Shown here in pieces: positions 15,740-25,893 of a stretch of DNA of 33,517 nucleotides (its first letter is position 1; each line of letters starts with the position of its first letter). Position numbers and translations under genes: made by a program. Source of the DNA: Clostridia bacterium (lineage in GTDB: Bacteria; Bacillota; Clostridia; Oscillospirales; Acutalibacteraceae); contig JAFOEP010000038.1 in assembly GCA_017380115.1 (NCBI GenBank), positions 1-33,517 on the forward strand, read 5' to 3'. The notes under the pieces were generated by a model that was not told where the DNA came from, did no database searches, and saw only the letters and a program-made list of their open reading frames with translations.

Positions 15740-18607
15740 TCAAACTAAAGAAAATCCTACAAAAACAAAGAATGAAAATTCAAGAACCTTTGAGTCGCTT
15801 GTCATATATTTTATTGTTGCTTCTTCAATTCCCAATGAATTGCTGTTAAATTCAATAACAACATCGTTTGTGACATCTTTTGTTGAGTTGTCGCTGTATG
15901 TCAGAAGAACTTTTATATCTTCTTTTTCTATGCTTTCTCCCGATTTAAGATATCTCGGATATGAAACAGCTTCAATTTTAACTGCTTCTTTGTTTTCGCT
16001 GACAATAACGCTGAAAGTTGTTTTTGCTGTAACTGTTCCGTATTTGCAAACAACCGTCAGAACTTGTTTTCCGGAAACATTAGCGTTATATCCCGTAACA
16101 TAGCATTTGTCTGTAAAATCAACTCTCGAGCCATCAGAAAGTTTTGCAATAATAACCATTCCGTCAGAAGAAAATTCTTCGGAATAATCATACAAAAGCT
16201 TGTCCGGTTTTTTCTCAATTAAAATACCCGTAAGTTTGGGCGTAATTTCAACATCTAATGTTGTAGATTTCGTTGTTCCGAGATATGTATAATATACGGT
16301 AACTGTGTTTGTTCCGACAACGCTTGTGTTGTATCCGCTTGTCTGGCAGGAACTTGTCACAATGCTTGTTGTCGAATCTGAAAATTTTGCAACTACCGTC
16401 AACCCTGTTTTGTCAAAATGTTCTCCTGCAATATATGTTGTTTTGTTCGGAAGTGACGATATGTAAATACTTTCAAGAGTTTTTATGGCTGTGGCTTCTT
16501 TTATTTCAACGCTGAATGAAGTTGTGAACGTCTTTTCTCCGACAACGTATTTGACTGTAATAATATTTTCGCTTGTAACCTTGCTCGAATCAAAGCCTGA
16601 AAGAGTACAACTTGATGTTATTGTTTTCTTTGTTGAATCGGAATAATATGCAGTGATTTTCAATCCCGTCGCATCAAACTTTTCTCCGAGAACATAAACT
16701 CTTTTTGTGGGTTTGATAGATACTCCGATTTTTTCAACGCTGATTGATTGGTTGACAACATTGACCTTGAACGAAACTGAGCCCGTAACACCATCTTCGG
16801 TATATTTCGCCGTCACGGTTTTTGCTCCGGCTTTTTCAGAATCAAAACCTGAAAGTTTGCAAGACGAGGTCACGTCTTTCGTTGAACCGTCAGAATATTT
16901 TGCTGTGATTTTAAGTCCGCTTGAATCAAATGATTCACCGAGATTATATTCTTTGTCCGTAGGTTGAGAGGTCAAAGAAATATATTTGAATTTTGGTTTA
17001 ACTGAGAAATTAAAGGTAGTTTTTTGAATTAAGTTGTTTTCTTCATATCTGACGGTTACTGTCCCCGTTCCGATTTTGGAGGTTCCGTTGCCTGTCATCG
17101 TGCAGGAAGAAGTCACATCTTTCGTTGAGCCATCAGAATAACTTGCAGTAACTTTTAGTCCGTCTGCTGAAAATGGTTCATACTGATAGTAACTCGTTTT
17201 TGTCGGAACGTTTGTAACGTTTATGGCTTTGAGCGTAGTGACTTTTGCGATAACATTCACCTTAAATGTCGAATATACCGTTATATCATCCTGAGTGTAG
17301 GTAACTTTAACTGTTTTTTCTCCTGCTTTATCGGAGCTGAAATTACTGAACTGACAAAGAGAAGTTACTGTTTTTGTCGTGTCATCGGAAAAACCTGCAA
17401 TAACCTGTATTCCACTTGTGTCAAGTTTTTCACCAATGCCATAATCTGTTTTGGTCGGCAACGATGTTATGGTCAATGTTTTTAGCTTTGCTTTAACCAG
17501 AATGTTAAACTCTGCCGTCTGCGTTGTCGTGCCTTCCTGATATTTTGCAGTTATCGTTCTTGTTCCGACAACTGAAGTGCCTGTACCCATTAAAGTACAT
17601 TTATCCGTAACGTCCTCAGTTGAGCCGTCAGTATAATTTGCAACAATTTTCAATCCTTCAGGATTGAATGTTTCCCATCTGAAATATACTGATTTCGTCG
17701 GCTGGGATTCTATTGAAATTGAGCTTAGTTTTCCGCTTCTTCTGACTGTGAGATTGCAGGTTGCATAGCAGACATTTGACGATTGAGCTTTAATTGTTGC
17801 ATTCCCTGCTTTCAACGCAGTAACCTTACCGTTTGAGTCTACCGTTGCGACAGATGTGTCCGAAGATGACCAGGTTATTTTTTTGTTGGTTGCGTTAGAC
17901 GGTTTTACCGTTGCCGTCAAGGTTGCTGTTTCTCCGGCTTCGAGAGAAAGTGATGTTTTTGAAAGCTCTACGCTGCTGACCTGAACAACGTTGTTGTTTG
18001 TATAATTCGGAGAAGCGTACGCTACAATATATTGGCTATATGTCGGCCCATAGAAAGGTCTGTTCAGAAGCTGAACTTTATTTGAACAGTTTCCCTCGAT
18101 AATTTTAATTCCTGTTGATGTTACATCATACACAATTCCTACGTGTGCAAAATTCGAACTGTTTTTTGTGTAAGAATAAGCGAAGAAGCAAAGGTCACCC
18201 TTTTTCGGAGTGTATCCGCTGTCATAAAAATGCTTCTGTGAAGATGAAAACGCATTGAAAAGTGCAGTAGTACCTGCGTTTCTTGAAATAATACTTGTCG
18301 GAATATTTGCCTGATTCGCACACCAGCAAACAAAGGTCGCACACCATGCAACACCCTGAAAATTCCAACCTGTCTCTTTTGACATCCATTCATTATATTT
18401 TGTGTAGTCGCCTGCACCTTCTGTGTATCCTATCTGAGTATAGGCAACCCTGAGAATATCATTAAGCTGGTTTCCTGTGTTGACGTGAGTGTTGGGATAT
18501 CCCGTCGGATAACTTGCCGCAGACGCTGTTATCATAATATTTATGCTTGAAAATATTATTATTACACTTATTATCAAAGACAAGGTTCTTTGCAATTTCT
18601 TTCTCAT
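15740..18607 (-). CDS. Secreted cell-wall hydrolase: signal peptide, CHAP amidase/peptidase domain, one Big_2 domain, then eight Big_3-like Ig repeats
   Basis: CHAP-like block GYTEGAGDYTKYN...VAWCATFVCWCANQA...FAHVGIVYD. Big_2 block LSLEAGETATLTATVKPSNATNKKITWSSSDTSVATVDSNGKVTALKAGNATI. The Big_3-like repeat is an ~85-aa module (PTKxxYxxGExFDxxGLKVTAxYSDGSTKDVTSSC...). I chose the start at ATG 18607 (MRKKLQRTL...) after AGAGAGGA. The track ORF uses TTG at 18631. Confidence 0.8.
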   Translation of the reverse strand: MRKKLQRTLSLIISVIIIFSSINIMITASAASYPTGYPNTHVNTGNQLNDILRVAYTQIGYTEGAGDYTKYNEWMSKETGWNFQGVAWCATFVCWCANQANIPTSIISRNAGTTALFNAFSSSQKHFYDSGYTPKKGDLCFFAYSYTKNSSNFAHVGIVYDVTSTGIKIIEGNCSNKVQLLNRPFYGPTYSQYIVAYASPNYTNNNVVQVSSVELSKTSLSLEAGETATLTATVKPSNATNKKITWSSSDTSVATVDSNGKVTALKAGNATIKAQSSNVCYATCNLTVRRSGKLSSISIESQPTKSVYFRWETFNPEGLKIVANYTDGSTEDVTDKCTLMGTGTSVVGTRTITAKYQEGTTTQTAEFNILVKAKLKTLTITSLPTKTDYGIGEKLDTSGIQVIAGFSDDTTKTVTSLCQFSNFSSDKAGEKTVKVTYTQDDITVYSTFKVNVIAKVTTLKAINVTNVPTKTSYYQYEPFSADGLKVTASYSDGSTKDVTSSCTMTGNGTSKIGTGTVTVRYEENNLIQKTTFNFSVKPKFKYISLTSQPTDKEYNLGESFDSSGLKITAKYSDGSTKDVTSSCKLSGFDSEKAGAKTVTAKYTEDGVTGSVSFKVNVVNQSISVEKIGVSIKPTKRVYVLGEKFDATGLKITAYYSDSTKKTITSSCTLSGFDSSKVTSENIITVKYVVGEKTFTTSFSVEIKEATAIKTLESIYISSLPNKTTYIAGEHFDKTGLTVVAKFSDSTTSIVTSSCQTSGYNTSVVGTNTVTVYYTYLGTTKSTTLDVEITPKLTGILIEKKPDKLLYDYSEEFSSDGMVIIAKLSDGSRVDFTDKCYVTGYNANVSGKQVLTVVCKYGTVTAKTTFSVIVSENKEAVKIEAVSYPRYLKSGESIEKEDIKVLLTYSDNSTKDVTNDVVIEFNSNSLGIEEATIKYMTSDSKVLEFSFFVFVGFSLV
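15743..17731 (-). repeat. Eight tandem, diverged ~255-bp coding repeats (Big_3-like modules) inside the CHAP gene
   Basis: The modules start at aa 301 (KLSSISIESQPTK...). Some DNA stretches are nearly identical between modules, for example GTCACGTCTTTCGTTGAACCGTCAGAATA near 16871 versus GTCACATCTTTCGTTGAGCCATCAGAATA near 17113. Confidence 0.65.
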
Positions 18608-18731
18608 AAGTAAATAATCCTCTCTTGCCAACCACTATATTTTGTTGGACTTTTAATATTTTACCACAATTACTACCCTCTTTCTATGGTCACAATACAC
18701 CAAGATTATACTTAATATTAGCGAAAGGTTA

Positions 18732-18774
18732 CAAAAAAGTTACAAATTTTCACCAAAAAGCAAAAATTTGTAAC
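18732..18774 (-). terminator. Intrinsic terminator after the MFS gene
   Basis: 8-bp stem GTTACAAA (18739-18746) / TTTGTAAC (18767-18774), followed by TTTTTT on the minus strand. An extra direct copy of TTACAAA sits just beside it. Confidence 0.45.
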
Positions 18775-18811
18775 TTTTAATGAATATTCTTCAATTTTTT
18801 AAATATATTAT

Positions 18812-20362
18812 TTAGTCGCCTGCTTCTTCAACAGCTTTGTCAATCCATGATGAGTCTTCTTCCTTTGAAAGTTCACCATGCTTAACCCTTGTGATAACGG
18901 CAAGACCGATGGCAAACATAATTGAGCAGAAAAGGAACATAAAGTTGTAATCTTCATTGAAAAGACCAATAACAAGACCACAAAGGATAGGCCCTGTAAC
19001 TGCTGCCGAGAATGTTGCAGTGTAATAATATCCTGTAAATGTGCCGATATATTCTCTGCCACCGATTGCAAGGACAAGAGGTAGAGTGTTAATGTTTACG
19101 CAACCGACTGCCGCACCACCTACAACAAGTGCTATCCAGAGAATAATCCATGTGATTTTGTTTGTGCTACCGTCAGGATTTGCAGGTAAAATCTGCGATG
19201 CTGCAAGATAAACTGCGAACATCAGAACAATTGCGACAAGACCGATTATTATTGTTTTCTTTCTGCCGAGTTTTCTGCCCATTGCACCGGCAGGAATTCC
19301 GAACAACGCAAGTGATACTGCAAAAACAGCCATCATCAAAGTTGAATAAATCGGAGCAACATTAAGAGTCTTGTTTGCAAAGTTGGTAAAGTTAGGAATA
19401 ATTGCTTCCGTTGCATTGTTTATAAGGAACAAAGCAACAAGCATAATAATAAGACTTTTCTTTTCTTCTTTTGAAATGGGCAGGTCTTTTATTTTTATTT
19501 TATTCTTTTTACCTTTTTCGTCTTTTTCTTCAATAGTTACGTTTGCTGAAAGGTCATATTCTTTGTTTCTTTTATAAAAAGCAAAAAGAACAACAAGACA
19601 TATCAGAGTAACAACGGCCGTAACCACAAAAATAGGAGTATAGTTGACATATTGAGCTTCGCCGTTTATTAAAACAACATTGCCTGCTTCATCAAGTATT
19701 CTTCCCATATCGTCAGTTTTTGATTTAAGGGCGTTGCTCATACTTGTAAAGCCTATTAATCCGACAATAGCTGATGCGATTGTGCCGACCACAAAGCCGA
19801 CCATCTGGCCGATGCCGCCCATAATGTTAATGACTGCGTTTGCATCGCTTTGAAGGTGTGACGGAGTAAAGTCAGGCATAAGGGAAACTACGGGTGAACG
19901 CCAGACAGACATTGTAAAGTTGAAACAAATTACAACGCTCATCATTAAAAGTATGCTTAATCCGACTGATTTTACTGTTGCTGCAACAGGAATGAAGCAA
20001 AACAGCAATGCACAAATCGGCATACACAAAAGAATAAAAGGCATTCTTTTGCCAAGTTTAGAACGTGTTTTGTCACTCTTTTTTCCAAAATACGGCTGAA
20101 AAACTACTCCAAAAAGATTGTCTATTGTCATAATCGCATTAACAATCAGAGCAACGGATACCCAACTCAATGCAGGATGATTGCTGATAAAGCTTGATAT
20201 CTCTCCGCCGTTTGCAGCAAACAATTCAGTGAGCTTGCCTCTGAGAATAACCGGCACGTATGAGTTATAGACAGACCACAACAGCATACATCCCAAAAAA
20301 CCGAAACCAATCAGAAATGTTTGTTTGTAATTAATTTTATCCTTTTTTTCTGTCACTTGCAA
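18812..20362 (-). CDS. MFS transporter (glycoside/SLC45-like type) with a long charged central loop
   Basis: 516 aa, about 12 TM helices. The loop 2-3 motif is GKKSDKTRSKLGKRMPF. The central loop (EEKDEKGKKNKIKIKDLPISKEEKK) is Lys/Glu-rich. Confidence 0.75.
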   Translation of the reverse strand: MQVTEKKDKINYKQTFLIGFGFLGCMLLWSVYNSYVPVILRGKLTELFAANGGEISSFISNHPALSWVSVALIVNAIMTIDNLFGVVFQPYFGKKSDKTRSKLGKRMPFILLCMPICALLFCFIPVAATVKSVGLSILLMMSVVICFNFTMSVWRSPVVSLMPDFTPSHLQSDANAVINIMGGIGQMVGFVVGTIASAIVGLIGFTSMSNALKSKTDDMGRILDEAGNVVLINGEAQYVNYTPIFVVTAVVTLICLVVLFAFYKRNKEYDLSANVTIEEKDEKGKKNKIKIKDLPISKEEKKSLIIMLVALFLINNATEAIIPNFTNFANKTLNVAPIYSTLMMAVFAVSLALFGIPAGAMGRKLGRKKTIIIGLVAIVLMFAVYLAASQILPANPDGSTNKITWIILWIALVVGGAAVGCVNINTLPLVLAIGGREYIGTFTGYYYTATFSAAVTGPILCGLVIGLFNEDYNFMFLFCSIMFAIGLAVITRVKHGELSKEEDSSWIDKAVEEAGD

Positions 20363-20363
20363 A

Positions 20364-21638
20364 TCACTTCTTTCCTGAATTTTTTATTTTATCCCAATAT
20401 TCTTTTGCAGCTTTTTCATTTTTATTATCTCCAAAATGATAATATTTTTTGTTTTTTAATTTATCAGGGAGATATTGTTGTTCAACCCAATGATTGGGGT
20501 AATTATGAGGATAAATATAAAACTGTCCTTTGTTGTCGTTGTCTTCACCATCAAAATGATTGTTCTGAAGATTTCTCGGAACGCTTCCGAAATTCCCTTT
20601 TCTGACATCTGACAACGCTTCGTCAAAAGCCAGATATGCTGAATTTGACTTTGGGCTGTTGCAAACAAGAACTACTGCGTTTGCAAGTGGTATTCTGGCT
20701 TCGGGAAGACCGACCATCATTGCAATATCAACTGCCGATTTCACAATCGGCATAATCATAGGATATGCAAGTCCGACATCTTCGCATGCACAAACCATCA
20801 ATCTGCGACACGCTGAGGGCAAATCGCCACCTTCTAAAATTCTTGCAAGATAATGCAACGCCGCATCCGCATCAGACCCACGCATTGACTTCTGAAACGC
20901 AGAAATTGCGTCATAATGCTCATCACCGTCTTTGTCATATCGCATATGACTTTTTTGCGTAACCTCTGCCGACATTTCAAGCGTTATTTTTCTTTCGCCT
21001 TCAACAAGCATTGAAGATATCACGCAAATTTCAACTGCGTTCAGAGCTTTTCTGACATCGCCTCCACAGCTTTTTGAGATTTGTTCAAAAACGCCTTCTT
21101 CAACGTCAATTTTTTCTCCTCTGTCTTTTTCCATAAACTCAAACCCACGTCTGACGGCAGGAACGATATCCTCAGCATCAATACTTTTAAATTCAAAAAC
21201 GGTGCTTCGGCTCAGGATTGCGCTGTAAACATAAAAATACGGATTTTCCGTCGTAGATGCGACAAGAGTTATTGAACCGTTTTCAATATATTCAAGAAGT
21301 GATTGCTGTTGTTTTTTGTTGAAATATTGTATTTCATCGAGATACAGCAATATTCCGTTCGGAGCTTCAAACGTATCCAACTGCGAAACAATATTTTTTA
21401 TATCAGCAGTTGAAGCGTTAGTGCCGTTAAGCTTGCAAAATTTTCTATCGGTATTTTTGGCAATAATCTGGGCAACAGTAGTTTTTCCCACGCCAGAAGG
21501 TCCGTAGAAAATCAGGTTCGGCAATTCTCCCGAATTTATTATATTTTTTAATGCTTTTCCGTCGTCTAAAAGATGATGCTGTCCTACAACTTCATCTATT
21601 TCCTGCGGACGGAGTCTGTCAGCTAAGGGTGATGACAT
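20364..21638 (-). CDS. rarA: Replication-associated recombination protein A (AAA+ ATPase)
   Basis: LADRLRPQEIDEVVGQHHLL, Walker A GPSGVGKTT, LYLDEIQYFNKKQQ, and a MgsA-type C-terminus (ISAFQKSMRGSDADAALHYLARIL). Confidence 0.9.
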   Translation of the reverse strand: MSSPLADRLRPQEIDEVVGQHHLLDDGKALKNIINSGELPNLIFYGPSGVGKTTVAQIIAKNTDRKFCKLNGTNASTADIKNIVSQLDTFEAPNGILLYLDEIQYFNKKQQQSLLEYIENGSITLVASTTENPYFYVYSAILSRSTVFEFKSIDAEDIVPAVRRGFEFMEKDRGEKIDVEEGVFEQISKSCGGDVRKALNAVEICVISSMLVEGERKITLEMSAEVTQKSHMRYDKDGDEHYDAISAFQKSMRGSDADAALHYLARILEGGDLPSACRRLMVCACEDVGLAYPMIMPIVKSAVDIAMMVGLPEARIPLANAVVLVCNSPKSNSAYLAFDEALSDVRKGNFGSVPRNLQNNHFDGEDNDNKGQFYIYPHNYPNHWVEQQYLPDKLKNKKYYHFGDNKNEKAAKEYWDKIKNSGKK

Positions 21639-21662
21639 TTTATTACCTCTTATTAATATGTA

Positions 21663-22538
21663 TTAAAGAGTTTTTGCAAGGGATTTTATATATTCTCTAT
21701 ACTTTTCGCCAATTTCAGGGTGTTTAAGAGCTACCTCTGTGTTAGCTTCCATAATTCCGAATTTGTCACCCATATCATATCTTTTTCCGATGAAATCAAC
21801 AGCAGTAAGTTCTCCTCTTGCAGCAAGAGCGCTCATTGCGTCTGTGAGGTAAAGTTCTCCTGTTCTTGCATCATATTCTGATTCTTCAATAAGTTTGAAT
21901 ATTTCAGGCGGAAGAACAACTCTTCCGAGGATAGCAAAATTAGAAATAATTTCTTCAACTGATGGTTTTTCAATAATTTTATGGCATCTCATAATGTTGC
22001 CTTCAAGTGGTGTTACGTCAAGAGAACAATATTTTGTTACCCATTCAGTCGGCACTTCTTTAACAGCAACGCTGCCGCAACCATATTTTTCATAAGCTTC
22101 GCAAAGCTGTCCTGTTACAGTCTTTTCAGAAATAATGAGGTCGTCACCATACAATACTGCAAAAGGATCGTTTCCGACAAATGTTTTTGCTCTTAAAATT
22201 GCATGTCCGAGACCTTTTGTTTCTTTCTGTCTGATGAATGTAATATTTGCAAGGTCAGCAATATCTTTTATGCTGTCATAAATGCTTTTTTTGGACGGGT
22301 TGTCTCTGAGTTTATCTTCAAGCTCATAAGAATGGTCAAAGTGGTCTTCAATAACACCTTTTCCTCTGTTTGTGATGATAAGAATATCTTCAATACCTGC
22401 TGCAACTGCTTCTTCAACAAGATACTGGATTACCGGTTTATCAACAACGTTGAGCATTTCTTTCGGTACTGATTTTGAAGCGGGAAGAACTCTTGTTCCA
22501 AGACCTCCTGCCGGAATGACTGCTTTTTTGATTTTCAT
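21663..22538 (-). CDS. galU: UTP--glucose-1-phosphate uridylyltransferase
   Basis: KAVIPAGGLGTRVLPASKSVPKEMLNVVDKPVIQYLVEEA and the LYGDD motif. Confidence 0.9.
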   Translation of the reverse strand: MKIKKAVIPAGGLGTRVLPASKSVPKEMLNVVDKPVIQYLVEEAVAAGIEDILIITNRGKGVIEDHFDHSYELEDKLRDNPSKKSIYDSIKDIADLANITFIRQKETKGLGHAILRAKTFVGNDPFAVLYGDDLIISEKTVTGQLCEAYEKYGCGSVAVKEVPTEWVTKYCSLDVTPLEGNIMRCHKIIEKPSVEEIISNFAILGRVVLPPEIFKLIEESEYDARTGELYLTDAMSALAARGELTAVDFIGKRYDMGDKFGIMEANTEVALKHPEIGEKYREYIKSLAKTL

Positions 22539-22571
22539 TGTTTTATCTCCTTTCGGCTTTTGCCGTAATTT

Positions 22572-23549
22572 CTATAACATTGTAAATAATTGTGTGAGCA
22601 TATCAATCGCAAGTACTGCAAACAACACGGAAAATACTGATGTTCCGCCTTTTGCATAAAGATAAGTTGTCAGACTGTCTTTGTTTCTGGCAATTGATCT
22701 GATTCTCAACACATCTTTTTTAATTTTATTTAAATATAATTTGTTTGCTACAAATCCTGCAACAATATTTATTATCAGGAATATAATCGGAAAAACATTT
22801 ACGATGCTATACAGTTGTGGGTTGTTGGTTGCCCCCAACAAAAAATATTCCTTGTATTGTTCTAATATTATATTGTAATCGATCTTCTCTTGTTGCATTA
22901 CCGAAGCAAGATAGTTGATTGCTTCCGGAAAACAACGATTGACAAGTGACATAAAAAATAACATTGCTGCTATATTTAATCCTGCAAACAAAGCTCCGGG
23001 TGCATACATTTTTCGATAGAAAAACCAATATGGATTGAAAAAAAACGCTGCCCAGTTAAATTTCTGTCGGCCTTTTGTAAACTTTGCTTTGAGAAAGCTT
23101 TTAATAAATCTTTCCTTGTTTGATTTTATATAAACACTTGCTTGACCAACATTTACGGTGTTATCGCTATCAATAAATTCCTGCGTTGAAACGCACTCAC
23201 CGTCAATCATAATATGCTGACTTTGATATTGTTTTTCAATCTCAAGCAACGGTGCCCTGCATTGAACACAAACAAAAGCTCTTTTATCGTTTTCTGTTCC
23301 ACAAAACGGGCAGATTTTCTTTTCGTTGTTATCATTGCTGATAGGATTTTCGTTTGTTTGATTTAAAATTTCATCATCTGATTTTTTCCAGACATAGCCG
23401 TCGTTATGCAGTTTTTCACAAGCACATTCACCGTTATTTTCATAACATTCTCTGTGATGAGGAGTTCCGCAATCGGGACAAACAACTATTTTGTCACCTT
23501 CTTTGAACAACTCGCCGCAAACGACACATTTTTCATTCTCGTATCTCAT
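22572..23549 (-). CDS. Zinc-ribbon/RING-like N-terminus fused to a DUF2628-type membrane domain
   Basis: CVVCG...CPDCGTPHHRECY...C.C plus CPFCG...CVQC, followed by NWAAFFFNPYWFFYRKMY and TM helices. Confidence 0.55.
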   Translation of the reverse strand: MRYENEKCVVCGELFKEGDKIVVCPDCGTPHHRECYENNGECACEKLHNDGYVWKKSDDEILNQTNENPISNDNNEKKICPFCGTENDKRAFVCVQCRAPLLEIEKQYQSQHIMIDGECVSTQEFIDSDNTVNVGQASVYIKSNKERFIKSFLKAKFTKGRQKFNWAAFFFNPYWFFYRKMYAPGALFAGLNIAAMLFFMSLVNRCFPEAINYLASVMQQEKIDYNIILEQYKEYFLLGATNNPQLYSIVNVFPIIFLIINIVAGFVANKLYLNKIKKDVLRIRSIARNKDSLTTYLYAKGGTSVFSVLFAVLAIDMLTQLFTML

Positions 23550-24212
23550 TTATTTTCCGCCTTTTACTTCATCTCTTGTCAGCATATAAGAAACATTCCA
23601 GATAATTATTACCGCAAAAATCAAAATCATTATTGACCATGCAGATGTCAGGTTTAATTCTTTAATGCTGATTAATGAAGTTGCTAAAACTTTTCCGAAG
23701 TTACTTTCTCCGCCGGAGCCTAAAACACTTGAAAGCAATGTGCCTACGCTGATTGATCCGTCAACTATCGGCTTGGCTACCTTTGAAAAAAGTATTCCAC
23801 ATATAGAAAGGTCTATTATTCCGACTGCACTGATTATGCATTGTGTTTTTTTCGCTTTTGTTGCAACGTTAACTATAAACAAGGCAATACCGATAACAAC
23901 ACCGAGTGCAAAAAGTATTCCCGCTGCTATCAGATAAGGCAAAACAGCCTTGACTGAATCGTCAACATTGCTGAAATCAAAGCCGGACATTGATAAACCG
24001 CCTGAAAAAAAGTTTTTAAATACAAACCAGATGCTGAAACTGTCCTCAGTAAGACCGGTATCATTTTCAACTGCGTTTGGAATGTCCACCATATTCTGGA
24101 AAATCTCCCAGCCGTTAATCTGATACAACACTCTTATCAATGGAAAAAATATCGCTACCGGTAAAACACAGAAAGCCAACAATGATGTTACTATTTTATC
24201 CGTAATTTTCAC
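23550..24212 (-). CDS. Hypothetical polytopic membrane protein
   Basis: 220 aa, about 5 TM segments, no motif I recognise. Its stop directly abuts the start of the next gene (TAAATG). Confidence 0.45.
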   Translation of the reverse strand: MKITDKIVTSLLAFCVLPVAIFFPLIRVLYQINGWEIFQNMVDIPNAVENDTGLTEDSFSIWFVFKNFFSGGLSMSGFDFSNVDDSVKAVLPYLIAAGILFALGVVIGIALFIVNVATKAKKTQCIISAVGIIDLSICGILFSKVAKPIVDGSISVGTLLSSVLGSGGESNFGKVLATSLISIKELNLTSAWSIMILIFAVIIIWNVSYMLTRDEVKGGK

Positions 24213-24228
24213 AGTTTTTCACCTCTGT

Positions 24229-25890
24229 TTATTTCCAGCTTGAATTAAGTTCAACAGTTCTGTTAATTATAATATTTTCATCTGTGCTTTCAATATCCAC
24301 ACAGAAATATCCTTTTCTCATAAACTGGAAAGTGTCTCCCGGTTTTATTCCTTTTAAACCGCCTTCAAGAACACTGTTTTTGAGCACAACAAGTGAATCA
24401 GGATTGAGATTGTTTTCAAAACCACCGTTTGATTCATCTGACGGATTTTCAGTATTGAAAAGTCTGTCATAGAGTCTGATTTCTGCTTTTATGCAATCGT
24501 CTGCGCTTACCCAATGCAATGTTCCCTTGACTTTTCTTCCGTCGGGTGATTCTCCACCCTTGCTTTCAGGGTCATAAGTACAATGAAGGCAAACCACCTT
24601 GCCTGTTTCGTCTTTCTCAACTTCGTTGCATTTAACAAAATATGCACCTTTGAGTCTGACTTCGTTTCCTGGGAACATTCTGAAATATTTCTTCACAGGT
24701 ACTTCCATAAAGTCATCCTGTTCGATGAAAATGTTTCTTGAAAAAGTTACTTTTCTTTTGCCCATTTCAGGCTTTCCCGGATGAATTTCAACCTCTATTT
24801 CTTCTGTTTGTCCTTCCGGATAGTTGTCTATGACAACTTTCAACGGATCAAGAACAGCCATTGCTCTCGGAGCATTTTCGTTGAGGTTATCTCTTACGCA
24901 GGATTCAAGCAAACCGTAATCTACAACGCTGTATGCTTTTGACACACCGATTTTTTCAACAAAATCTCTTATTGCAGCAGCAGGATATCCTCTTCTTCTC
25001 ATTCCGCAAATAGTAGCCATTCTTGGATCATTCCAGCCGCTTACTATCTTTTTGTCTACAAGTGCAAGATTTTTTCTTTTACTTGTCAGACAGTAGTTGA
25101 GATTCAATCTTGCAAATTCAATCTGTCTCGGTGGAGTTTTAATATCAAGCTGAATCAGGAACCAATCATAAAGAGGTCTGTGGTCTTCAAATTCAAGCGT
25201 ACAAAGAGAATGTGTCACGCCTTCTGCTGCGTCAGACAACGGATGGGCAAAATCGTACATCGGATAAACGCACCATTTGTCGCCCGTCTGATGATGAGGA
25301 ACGTGAGCAATTCTGTAAATTACAGGGTCACGCATATTCATATTTGGTGAAGCCATATCAATTTTTGCTCTCAATACTCTTGCACCGTTCGGAAATTCAC
25401 CTTTTGTCATTCTGTCAAACAAATCAAGGTTTTCTTCAACACTTCTTTCTCTGTACGGACTGTTTTCTCCCGGCTGAGTAAGAGTGCCTCTTGTCTGTCT
25501 GATTTCATCTGCCGACAAGTCACAGACATAAGCTTTTCCGAGTTTGATAAGTTTTATTGCACATTCATAAATAAAATCAAAATAGCTTGAAGCATAAAGA
25601 CATTTGTCCCACTTGAATCCAAGCCACTCAATATCTTCCTTGATTGCGTCAACATATTCAACGTCTTCTTTGCTTGGATTTGTGTCGTCAAGACGAAGAT
25701 TACATTTGCCTTTGTATTTGTCTGCTGTTGTGAAATCTACGCAAATTGCTTTTGCGTGGCCAATATGCAGATATCCGTTTGGCTCAGGTGGAAATCTTGT
25801 CTGAACGTGGTCATAAACCCCATCTTCAAGATCCTTGTCAATAAAGTCGTGTATAAAATTGGAATTTCTTTCTTCAATGATTTCTGCCAT
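24229..25890 (-). CDS. glnS: Glutamine--tRNA ligase
   Basis: [43 protein letters not shown]...[30 protein letters not shown] is near-colinear with E. coli GlnRS as I recall it. Confidence 0.92.
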   Translation of the reverse strand: MAEIIEERNSNFIHDFIDKDLEDGVYDHVQTRFPPEPNGYLHIGHAKAICVDFTTADKYKGKCNLRLDDTNPSKEDVEYVDAIKEDIEWLGFKWDKCLYASSYFDFIYECAIKLIKLGKAYVCDLSADEIRQTRGTLTQPGENSPYRERSVEENLDLFDRMTKGEFPNGARVLRAKIDMASPNMNMRDPVIYRIAHVPHHQTGDKWCVYPMYDFAHPLSDAAEGVTHSLCTLEFEDHRPLYDWFLIQLDIKTPPRQIEFARLNLNYCLTSKRKNLALVDKKIVSGWNDPRMATICGMRRRGYPAAAIRDFVEKIGVSKAYSVVDYGLLESCVRDNLNENAPRAMAVLDPLKVVIDNYPEGQTEEIEVEIHPGKPEMGKRKVTFSRNIFIEQDDFMEVPVKKYFRMFPGNEVRLKGAYFVKCNEVEKDETGKVVCLHCTYDPESKGGESPDGRKVKGTLHWVSADDCIKAEIRLYDRLFNTENPSDESNGGFENNLNPDSLVVLKNSVLEGGLKGIKPGDTFQFMRKGYFCVDIESTDENIIINRTVELNSSWK

Positions 25891-25893
25891 ATA

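Noticed and set aside
15743-17731. Periodic ~255-bp repeats as a possible CRISPR or satellite array
   Set aside because: The repeats are in frame inside one long ORF and encode Ig-like modules. The units are diverged, and there is no short-repeat/spacer structure.
18808-19077. 89-aa minus-strand ORF overlapping the 3' end of the MFS gene in another frame
   Set aside because: It lies entirely within the MFS coding region, which has clear transporter topology. There is no independent start signal.
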